Source of the DNA: Acidimicrobiia bacterium
GTDB lineage: Bacteria; Actinomycetota; Acidimicrobiia; Acidimicrobiales; JANYDT01
Length of the DNA: 64,000 nt
NCBI GenBank assembly: GCA_031385545.1
Contig: JANNBN010000129.1
Location: forward strand, 33,062-97,061
Direction of reading: 5' to 3'
Both the position numbers and the translations under genes were made by a program. The notes beneath the pieces are model-generated. The model saw only the letters and a list, made by a program, of their open reading frames with translations, searched no databases and was not told the origin of the DNA. Below, one piece after another: positions 8,004 to 15,128 of this stretch. Within the stretch, counting starts at the first letter, position 1, and each line of letters starts with the position of its first letter.

Positions 8004-9038
8004 ATGATGCGACCGATCGGCATTGTCAGCAACGTTCGAAGCGAACCGATCGACGATGACTGGGATCGCATCGACAGCGTCATCCGACTTGATCCGGACA
8101 TGGTCGGGACGGACGCCACACTCGGGCTGATGGATTTCTCGCATGTCGAGGTGATCTACGTCCTTGACAGGGTCGACGAGAAATCGATCGAGCGACACGC
8201 TCGTCATCCTCGAGGAAACACGGACTGGCCGCGAGTCGCCATCTTGGCGCAACGACCGAAGATGCGTCCCAACCGCCTGGGCACGACGGTGTGCGAACTG
8301 ATGGCTGTCCGCCCTGGCGGTGTGGTGGAAGTCCGAGGTCTCGACGCGATCGACGGCACGCCGGTCCTCGACATCAAGCCGTACTTCGGAGAGTTCAGCC
8401 CGCGTGGTGATGTCCGACAGCCGAGCTGGAGCCGCGAACTGATGAGCGACTATTGGATTGTCAACGATCCTGCGTCCGAACTGACTGGCGGCGACCGGCT
8501 CCCGGAAGCGACCGCGCGTGCCTGGCTCGAGGAGGTCCGCCGGTCACCGGCCGACAACGGCACGCTGAACATGATCGTTCGGCGTCCCGCTTCCAACGAA
8601 CGTGAGGTCATCGCCGAAGGTCACCTTGACCTCGAGGTTGGTTTGGTCGGAGACAACTGGCTGGCCCGTGGCTCGCGTTCTCGCGAGGACGGCAAGGCCG
8701 AACTCGACGCCCAGCTCAACATCATGAACAGTCGGTGCGCTGCCCTCGTGGCAGGCGATGCTGACCGTGTTGCTCTTGCCGGTGATCAGCTGTTTGTCGA
8801 CCTGGACCTGTCCCCATCGAATCTTCCCGCTGGAACGCGCCTCGCAGTGGGTTCTGCCGTGATCGAAGTGACTGCTAAGCCGCACACCGGGTGCGCGAAG
8901 TTCACAAAACGATTTGGCCTCGCTGCGCATCGCTGGATAAACGGCACGATCGGCCGGGCGGAGCGCCTTCGCGGCATTTGTGCGAAGGTCGTCGTGCCCG
9001 GCGTGATCCACCCCGGTGACACGATCCGCAAACTGTGA
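8004..9038 (+). CDS. Fusion protein: TsaA/TrmO-like (UPF0066) N-terminal domain + MOSC C-terminal domain
   Basis: N-terminus: MRPIGIVSNVRSE...FSHVEVIYVLDRV...RPNRLGTTVCELMAV...LDAIDGTPVLDIKPYF (TsaA/YaeB signature). C-terminus: ...GSAVIEVTAKPHTGCAKFTKRFG...RGICAKVVVPGVIHPGDTI (MOSC with its conserved Cys). Start set at ATG 8004; ATG 7986 is also possible. Confidence 0.75.
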   Translation: MMRPIGIVSNVRSEPIDDDWDRIDSVIRLDPDMVGTDATLGLMDFSHVEVIYVLDRVDEKSIERHARHPRGNTDWPRVAILAQRPKMRPNRLGTTVCELMAVRPGGVVEVRGLDAIDGTPVLDIKPYFGEFSPRGDVRQPSWSRELMSDYWIVNDPASELTGGDRLPEATARAWLEEVRRSPADNGTLNMIVRRPASNEREVIAEGHLDLEVGLVGDNWLARGSRSREDGKAELDAQLNIMNSRCAALVAGDADRVALAGDQLFVDLDLSPSNLPAGTRLAVGSAVIEVTAKPHTGCAKFTKRFGLAAHRWINGTIGRAERLRGICAKVVVPGVIHPGDTIRKL

Positions 9039-9070
9039 CTTCGCAAACTGTGACTTGTAAACTGCGAAAC
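9027..9070. repeat. 15-bp tandem duplication spanning the stop codon of the TsaA-MOSC gene
   Basis: CGCAAACTGTGACTT at 9027-9041 and again at 9042-9056, then a degenerate GTAAACTGCGAAAC. Each full unit carries an in-frame TGA. Confidence 0.8.
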
Positions 9071-9124
9071 CTGCTGGCTGGTGAGCCCGAGTCTCAGAAA
9101 CACTCCGCTGGAGCAACTGCTGGG

Positions 9125-9197
9125 TGGTCGGAACCGGTGTCGATCCGGTGACCTCACGCTTTTCAGGCGTGCGCTCTACCAACTGAGCTATCCGACC
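9125..9197 (-). tRNA. tRNA-Phe (anticodon GAA)
   Basis: The reverse complement reads GGTCGGATAGCTCAGTTGGTAGAGCGCACGCCTGAAAAGCGTGAGGTCACCGGATCGACACCGGTTCCGACCA. Anticodon loop CTGAAAA. CCA is not encoded. Confidence 0.93.
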
Positions 9198-9252
9198 GTG
9201 GGATGAATCTGGGGCGAAACCGAAACGCCGTCTCCAATGGAAACGGCGTTCG

Positions 9253-9330
9253 TGGCGGACCTGACGGGATTTGAACCCGCGACCTCCGGCTTGACAGGCC
9301 GGCGTGCACTCCTAGCTGCACCACAGGTCC
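9253..9330 (-). tRNA. tRNA-Asp (anticodon GTC), CCA encoded
   Basis: The reverse complement reads GGACCTGTGGTGCAGCTAGGAGTGCACGCCGGCCTGTCAAGCCGGAGGTCGCGGGTTCAAATCCCGTCAGGTCCGCCA. Anticodon loop CTGTCAA. Confidence 0.93.
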
Positions 9331-9406
9331 GTGCTGCGGCTTTCGAACCTAGCACGGCGAATCGTGGTCCGGCACCGAGTTTGCTCAACTACGCTGTGGC
9401 GGTCCG

Positions 9407-9479
9407 GCCCCCATCGTCTAGCGGCCCAGGACGCTGCCCTTTCACGGCGGTAACACGGGTTCGAATCCCGTTGGGGGTA
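9407..9479 (+). tRNA. tRNA-Glu (anticodon TTC)
   Basis: GCCCCCATCGTCTAGCGGCCCAGGACGCTGCCCTTTCACGGCGGTAACACGGGTTCGAATCCCGTTGGGGGTA. Anticodon loop CTTTCAC, G1:U72 pair. CCA is not encoded. Confidence 0.92.
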
Positions 9480-10079
9480 CTAGCTGTCGGTCAGGCCGGA
9501 ATCCGAGTTGGGTTCCGAGTCAGGTTCCGAGTCATCGTCAGTCTCGTATTCCAAGTAGTCCTCCGGTCCGCCGTCGAGGTCTCTGCCTTCGCCGCCTGCG
9601 AGGCCCATCACGATGAGTTCAAGCACACCGCTCAGCCAGCCGTACACACCAAGCGCAGGGCGCCGCGGGTCTGTCTCGTCGAGGTCGTCGGGGTCGAGGC
9701 CCTCGTACACGTCGAGTTGCGTGCCGAGTACCAGCCTGATGTCGTTGACGGCACCCATCCAGCCCAGCAACTGTTCGTGGGTGAGCAGCTCCTGGTGTGC
9801 GGTTTCGGACAACAGGGTGAGCGAAGCTCGTTTTGATTCGATCAGGTCTTGGCGCATGAACCGGCGGTATTCGTCTTCCCGCTCGGAGTCCGATTCGCGG
9901 TGGTAAGCCGGTGGGAACAAGCGACGGGTGGACTGCTCGTCGCCCGCTTCGATGACCGTGACGAGTTGCCTGGGAAGGTCAGCGAGGAAGTCACGCGAAT
10001 CGGGGTCGAGACCGACCGCGTAGGTGCCGTCCGCATTCGATTGGAACGGCAGGTTCTTGCGTCGGCGGAGCACGTTCAA
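9480..10079 (-). CDS. DUF2017-family protein (conserved ClpS partner in Actinomycetota)
   Basis: Acidic protein downstream of clpS. TTG start at 10079 overlaps the clpS TGA; GTG 10073 is an alternative. The C-terminus is Asp/Glu/Ser-rich. The rest of the 315-aa ORF upstream is the clpS region read in another frame. Confidence 0.7.
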   Translation of the reverse strand: MNVLRRRKNLPFQSNADGTYAVGLDPDSRDFLADLPRQLVTVIEAGDEQSTRRLFPPAYHRESDSEREDEYRRFMRQDLIESKRASLTLLSETAHQELLTHEQLLGWMGAVNDIRLVLGTQLDVYEGLDPDDLDETDPRRPALGVYGWLSGVLELIVMGLAGGEGRDLDGGPEDYLEYETDDDSEPDSEPNSDSGLTDS

Positions 10080-10396
10080 CTGTCCTGTTCCATGGTGGCC
10101 CAGAGGCCCTTCTCGTGCAGGCGGAAGACATCGAGCTCGGCCTGTTCCCGGGGCGCAGAGTTGACGATTGCCCTGCCCTTTTCGTGCACGTCCATCATCA
10201 GTTTTTCCGCCTTCGAGCGCGGGTAGCCGAACAGCTGCTGCAACACCAGCGTGACGTAGCTCATGAGGTTGATCGGGTCGTTCCATACGATCACCTTCCA
10301 CGGCTGATCCGTGACGACGACGATGTCGGTGTCGGACTCGACCGTCTCGATCGGTGCAGCGGTGGGCATGCGGCATTCTCGCATCGGCTCGGACAT
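10076..10396 (-). CDS. clpS: ATP-dependent Clp protease adaptor ClpS
   Basis: PWKVIVWNDPINLMSYVTLVLQQLFGYPRSKAEKLMMDVHEKGRAIV is the canonical ClpS core. Confidence 0.92.
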   Translation of the reverse strand: MSEPMRECRMPTAAPIETVESDTDIVVVTDQPWKVIVWNDPINLMSYVTLVLQQLFGYPRSKAEKLMMDVHEKGRAIVNSAPREQAELDVFRLHEKGLWATMEQDS

Positions 10397-10474
10397 CTGC
10401 GAAACGCCGACGTGTTCTGTGTCTCACCTCGATGAACGGGAGACGACGAACCCCCGGTAGCCTGGAAAGTTGTT

Positions 10475-11425
10475 ATGCCGCGATTGCGAACCACCCCACT
10501 CGAGCGGACCGCTCGATTGCAGTCCACCGGCGGCCGGATCGGCGAGAAGGCCGGTGCTTACCTGGTCCTGGTCAAACTCAGGGTGGTCGAGCAACTGCTC
10601 ATCACCACGGTGCCGACCATGTTCGTGGCCCAACGGGGTGTGCCGGGTCTGTGGCTGATGCTGGCAACGGTCCTGGGTGGCACCTTCGCGGCTGGAGGGG
10701 CCAACGCCATCAACATGGTGATCGACCGCGACATCGACGCGTTGATGGATCGAACCAAACACCGCCCACTTGTCACAGGTGTGATCACCCCCCGCCATGC
10801 GCTGGTGTTCGCCATCGGGCTCGAAGTGGCCGCCTTCGTCTGGCTCTGGTGGCAGGTCAACCTGCTTTCAGCTGTGCTGGCTGTGGCGGCCTGCCTGTTC
10901 TACGTGTTCGTCTACACGCTGTGGCTGAAGCGCAGCTCGGTCGAGAACATCGTTATCGGCGGTGCGGCGGGCGCTGTGCCGGTACTGATTGGCTGGTCGG
11001 CTGTCACCAATCGCATCGATTGGGCGCCTGTGGTGATGTTCGCTGTCATCTTTGTGTGGACGCCACCTCACTTCTGGGCGCTCGCGGTGAAATACAAAGA
11101 CGACTACGGCAAGGCCGGGGTGCCGATGCTGCCGGTGGTCGCCTCGTTCAAGACCACAGCGACGCGCATTGTCGCCTACACCGTGGCGCTCTGGGCCTTG
11201 TCGATGCTGGTGTGGCCGGTTGCCCAGCTGTCCTGGTTCTACGCCTGTGTGGCTGCAGTGATGGGGGCGATGTTCCTGTTCGTTGCGCTGCGGCTGTACC
11301 GGGTCGGTACATCGGACGCCCAGCCGTCGGTGGTAGCAGGCGAAGCGATGAAGCTATTCGTGTTCTCCAACGTCTATATCTCCGTGTTGTTCATCGCCAT
11401 GGGCGTCGACCAGCTGCTTCGCTGA
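10475..11425 (+). CDS. ctaB: Protoheme IX farnesyltransferase (heme O synthase)
   Basis: UbiA-fold motifs GGANAINMVIDRDIDALMDRTKHRPL and WTPPHFWALA. About 9 TM segments. Confidence 0.92.
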   Translation: MPRLRTTPLERTARLQSTGGRIGEKAGAYLVLVKLRVVEQLLITTVPTMFVAQRGVPGLWLMLATVLGGTFAAGGANAINMVIDRDIDALMDRTKHRPLVTGVITPRHALVFAIGLEVAAFVWLWWQVNLLSAVLAVAACLFYVFVYTLWLKRSSVENIVIGGAAGAVPVLIGWSAVTNRIDWAPVVMFAVIFVWTPPHFWALAVKYKDDYGKAGVPMLPVVASFKTTATRIVAYTVALWALSMLVWPVAQLSWFYACVAAVMGAMFLFVALRLYRVGTSDAQPSVVAGEAMKLFVFSNVYISVLFIAMGVDQLLR

Positions 11426-11609
11426 CACTGATCGGTTGTCCTGTCGCGCGCCATCAGCGCAGGGCATGGCCGTCCGGCATCCGGGCTGGAGCTGCGTGGG
11501 TTGAAATCGCTGCCGGGGAATCTTGCCGACTAACATCGCCCGAACCACTGGTCCGTCGGCGCGCGCCAGCGTGTCGGCTTATCTGCGAGTAATTTTGCGA
11601 GGAATCCGC

Positions 11610-13121
11610 ATGACCCTCACCGCCCCAACGTCTACCAGCCAGGCCGCCGACGCTGCCGTCTTCGGGGTTTCCGACCCCTTCGGCGCAGTCCACGCCGACG
11701 ACTGGGTGGCAACCGTCGACTCCGGCCGTACCGGGCAGCTCCACCTGGGTCTGCTTTCGGCTGTCGTCGCACTTGCCGGAGCGCTCGGCGTGGCTGTCCA
11801 CGGCCAACTGGCCGGATGGTGGATGCTCAGTACATCCGACGCCCGGTTCGACATCGCCTCGTTGTTCGCTCTGCACCAAAACCTGTGGGCGGTATCCATC
11901 GCCATGCCGCTGTGGATCGCGGTCGCAGCGATGGTGGTACCCATCCAGATCGGCGCAACCCGAAGTGCATTTCCCCGGATGGGATCGTTCGCCTTATGGG
12001 GCTGGGTTGTTGGTACATCGCTGTTGATCACGGCCACGCTGGTGGGAGACGGACCCCAGGTTGTCGACCTGGGCGGCAACCTTGCGGTGACCGCCACTGC
12101 TGGCCAGGCACCCCGTGCAACCGACCTTGCTCTCGCAGCCATGATGCTCGTCACGCTGGCGACACTCGCCGGAGCCATCAACCTGGTGGCAACCATCCTC
12201 ACCGAACGAGCACCGGGCACGAAACTCTCGACGATGCGTCCCTTCTCGTGGTCGGTGCTGGTGACCATGACCCTCGCGGTTATCACTACCCCGGTGTTCA
12301 TGGCCGGGTTGTTCCTGCTCTACCTGGACCAGCACTTCGGCGGGCAGTTGTTCGCTTCGGGGGTTGGTGCTGATCGCATCTGGGTCCACGCCATCTGGCT
12401 GATGGGTCGGCCAGAAGCGGTGCTGCTTGCGGTCCCCGCAGTTGCGGCGGTTGCTGACGTCGTTGTCCACAGAACCGGTAAGACGCTGCTCGGCGGCGGC
12501 GCTGCCAACGGTCTGATTGCAGCAGCGGCGGCTTCGTCGCTGCTGCTGTGGACCGGTCGTGAACTGGTTGCCACCACCTCCACACCCCCGTACGCACGCT
12601 GGTGGTACGCCGTTGTGCTGGTGCCACTGTTCATGCTGTTTCTGCTTATCGTCGGGAGCCTTCGCGGTGGCCTCAAACCCGACGTCTCGTTGCTCGGAGC
12701 CGTTGGAATTGTGCTGTCCATCCTGGCCGGTGCCGTTTTCACCATCGCAATCGTGGCGACACCGAACAGCGACATCACCGAGTCCGAGCAGCTCTTCGGA
12801 CGGCTGGGCCTGCCCAACTTGCTCGTGTTCGGGCTGGTGCTCATCGGTGCATTCACCATGGTCGTGGAGCACAGTCGGACGATCTACGGGCGGGCACTTC
12901 CCAAACCGCTTGCCACGCTGGTGCTGCTCGCCATCCTCGGCGGGGTACTGCTCACCGGTGCGGGGCTGACTGCGGGCGTGTTCGGTGGCGGCGACGGCCC
13001 GCACATCGCTGCTGCAATCGGGAAGGCGCTCATTGCTGGCGGCGCCGCGCTGCTCGTGCTCGCACTGCTTGGGTCCCTACGGCCCGACCGTTCCGTCACC
13101 CACCAGGAAGGGGGCCACTGA
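11610..13121 (+). CDS. Heme-copper oxidase subunit I-like membrane protein lacking the CuB/heme a3 ligand set (degenerate paralogue)
   Basis: Aligns by eye to the adjacent CtaD ([11 protein letters not shown] / [34 protein letters not shown] / [48 protein letters not shown] / [25 protein letters not shown]). However GHPEVY is GRPEAV, WAHHMF is WTGRELV, and no HFHYV-type pair was found. RBS GAGGA lies 7 nt before ATG 11610. Intact 503 codons with G/C-rich third positions. Confidence 0.8.
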   Translation: [503 protein letters not shown]

Positions 13122-13750
13122 TGGTCGCTGCATCCCAGCCAAACGGAACAGCCGGAACAGCCGGAACAGCCAGTACTGCCGTTACTGCACGCACGCAGTC
13201 GGGCAATGGAGCACTGTTGGGCGCATTGCTGGCCGTTGCTGCAGGGGTGATGTTCGTGTCGGCCCTCATCGGCGCGTACTTCTCGGTGCGCAACTGGGTA
13301 GGTGTCGGCGATGGTGGCTTCATCCCCGATGCTCTGAAGTTCGACAACTATGCCGGGTTCATGACCATGGTGTCGGGTCTCGCTGCTGCGTTCGCTGCGG
13401 AGTGGGCGCTCGTGTCCGCTCGCCTGCGCAAGAGTCGCTGGGCAACCGCCGGGTACGGGTTGTCCGTATTGTTCATGGTGGGTGCAATCAACTCGGTCTG
13501 GCACATCGGCCAGCGCAGCAGGTTGGCAGCTGGCGAAACGGCCTATGCCGTTCTCTTCTATGCAGTCCTCTCGGCCATGACTCTTTCGCTTATCGTCGGC
13601 ATCATCGCCGCAGTCGTCAATCTGGTCCGGGTCATGGCCGGGCATGTGTGGGGAGACGACCTGCTGGTGGGCCGGGCCGGCAATTGGTTCATCCGGTTTG
13701 CTGCTCTGACAGCAACCATCGGCTTCTTCCTCATCTACACCTACAAGTAA
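13121..13750 (+). CDS. Heme-copper oxidase subunit III-like membrane protein (divergent paralogue)
   Basis: TGATG overlap with the preceding gene. About 5 TM segments. The layout and C-terminal ending (...IGFFLIYTYK) parallel the genuine CtaE (...IFTVVYLIK). The N-terminus has a GTAGTAGTAST low-complexity stretch. Confidence 0.6.
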   Translation: MVAASQPNGTAGTAGTASTAVTARTQSGNGALLGALLAVAAGVMFVSALIGAYFSVRNWVGVGDGGFIPDALKFDNYAGFMTMVSGLAAAFAAEWALVSARLRKSRWATAGYGLSVLFMVGAINSVWHIGQRSRLAAGETAYAVLFYAVLSAMTLSLIVGIIAAVVNLVRVMAGHVWGDDLLVGRAGNWFIRFAALTATIGFFLIYTYK

Positions 13751-13767
13751 GCGACCTGGGGCTAATC

Positions 13768-14505
13768 GTGTTCTCCGCATACACAAAGACGTTCGCCGGG
13801 CTCACCGGTGCGCTGCTCGCTCTCGCGCTCCTGGTCTCGGCCCTTCAGCCCGATCGCCTTGCGGTCACGCTGCTGTTCCTGGCCGCATTCTGCATGGGCG
13901 TTGTCACAGCCGCCGGGCGTGCGGCCACCGGCCACAACGATCGTGTCGCGTTGGTCGGCGCAGCCGCCTCGGCCAATCGCCCGCCACGCAATTCCTATGC
14001 CCCTGCACTTGCTGCCCTGGGTTTTGGTGTCGTCGTTCTTGGTGCCGCGCTCGGTTTCATCGCGTACGCCATTGGCGCGGGCGTCCTCGTATTTGCTGGC
14101 GGCCTGTGGTTGTCGGACGCCTGGCGCGAACACCGTTTGGCCACACCAAAGACCTCGGCCCAGGTCAGTCGGTCGTTCTCCCTCCCGTTCGTGATGCCGC
14201 TGATGTCGATCGCGCTGATCGGGTTCGTGGCCATCAGCTTCTCGCTCGTCTTCTTCTCCTTCGCAGAAAATCGCTCCTGGATCGTCGCAGCTGCTGTCGC
14301 TGTGCTCGTCTTCGGCGGCGCATTCGTGTTGGCGTTCATACCGAAGCAGGGCGGCCGTGCGAAGTTCATAGCGTTGGTTGCTGTTGTTCTGGCTGCTATT
14401 GCCGGGCTCGGAATCGTGGGGCTGGTGCGCGGCGAACCCGAGCACGGCGGTGAACACGGAACCACGGCAGAGAACGGCCAGACCGAAACCCACGCGGAAG
14501 GCTGA
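13768..14505 (+). CDS. Polytopic (~7 TM) membrane protein of unknown family with His/Glu-rich C-terminal tail
   Basis: GTG 13768 lies 18 nt after the previous stop. Hydrophobic Ala/Leu/Val/Gly-rich segments. Tail GEPEHGGEHGTTAENGQTETHAEG. The upstream 261 codons of the tracked ORF are the previous gene read out of frame. Confidence 0.6.
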   Translation: MFSAYTKTFAGLTGALLALALLVSALQPDRLAVTLLFLAAFCMGVVTAAGRAATGHNDRVALVGAAASANRPPRNSYAPALAALGFGVVVLGAALGFIAYAIGAGVLVFAGGLWLSDAWREHRLATPKTSAQVSRSFSLPFVMPLMSIALIGFVAISFSLVFFSFAENRSWIVAAAVAVLVFGGAFVLAFIPKQGGRAKFIALVAVVLAAIAGLGIVGLVRGEPEHGGEHGTTAENGQTETHAEG

Positions 14506-14526
14506 TGTGAGGCATTGCCGTCCGGC

Positions 14527-15072
14527 ATGAACCGCACCCGACTGAGAGTCGCAGCAGCCGCTGCGATTGCCGCTGCGATACTTGTGTTCGGTGCCGTGGT
14601 CGTGCTCGAAGTTGCGTCAGGTTCCACCGGGACGAACGGCCGCGCTGGTTCTTCGTTCTCTCCGCAACTGCCCACGTTCGATCTTCCAAGCGTGCACGAC
14701 GACGGTACCCGGCAGTCTTCGGCGGAGTTCGCCGGGAAGTTGCTGGTGATAAACGTCTTCGACTACACGTGCGTCCCCTGCATCACGGAGCTGCCGATGC
14801 TGGATCGCATCGCATCAGCCAACCCAGACGTTGCCTTCGTGGGCGTCCATTTGATGCTGCAGCGGGCTGAGGCCGAGAAATTTGTCGACCGACTTGGTGT
14901 TCGGTTCCCGGTTGTTTACGACGAAACCGGGGTCTTCTCGACGGCCGTTGTGGCGCTGCCGACCACGGTCTTCGTCGGCACCGACGGTCGCGAAGTCGGG
15001 CGGGTGACTGGCACCATCGCCGAAGCTGACCTGACGGATCGACTGGAGCGACTCCGGGAGGGTATTTCATGA
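14527..15072 (+). CDS. TlpA/ResA-type thiol:disulfide oxidoreductase (membrane-anchored thioredoxin fold)
   Basis: N-terminal anchor RLRVAAAAAIAAAILVFGAVVVL and active site FDYTCVPCITELP (CxxC). Start ambiguous (TTG 14515 or ATG 14527). Confidence 0.8.
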   Translation: MNRTRLRVAAAAAIAAAILVFGAVVVLEVASGSTGTNGRAGSSFSPQLPTFDLPSVHDDGTRQSSAEFAGKLLVINVFDYTCVPCITELPMLDRIASANPDVAFVGVHLMLQRAEAEKFVDRLGVRFPVVYDETGVFSTAVVALPTTVFVGTDGREVGRVTGTIAEADLTDRLERLREGIS

Positions 15073-15128
15073 CATACTGCTTCTTCCACACTTTGCTTCC
15101 CCGCCTCGATTGAGGAAGGCTTCGTTAC

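Noticed and set aside
2421-9479. tRNA genes as integration sites of a genomic island or prophage
   Set aside because: I found no integrase, recombinase, phage or transposase gene and no direct repeat of a tRNA 3' end. The flanking genes (sigH, tilS, clpS) are core actinobacterial genes in conserved synteny.
9237-9836. 199-aa plus-strand ORF running through tRNA-Asp, tRNA-Glu and the DUF2017 gene
   Set aside because: It overlaps two well-folded tRNAs and is antisense to a convincing CDS. This is a typical high-G+C spurious ORF.
10354-11592. 412-aa ORF in an alternative frame over ctaB
   Set aside because: Its composition is Arg/Gly/Pro/His-rich with no TM pattern, while the 10475..11425 frame gives a textbook UbiA-family heme O synthase.
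11994-13004. 336-aa antisense ORF, and several other alternative-frame ORFs, inside the CoxI-like gene. Similar cases are 16372..17385 and 16818..17861 inside ctaD, 38750..39601 over the TauE gene, and 63236..63835 over the PuuD-like gene.
   Set aside because: Long stop-free antisense or shifted frames are expected at this G+C content. Their translations are Arg/Gln/His/Gly-rich and lack any family signal, whereas the chosen frames show clear membrane-protein or enzyme motifs.
11610-13750. The idea that the CoxI-like and CoxIII-like genes are simply pseudogenes of a duplicated oxidase
   Set aside because: Both reading frames are uninterrupted (503 and 209 codons). They keep G/C-rich third positions, have a plausible RBS, and are translationally coupled (TGATG). 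Loss of ligands without frame decay fits a maintained non-catalytic paralogue better. This remains to be tested.
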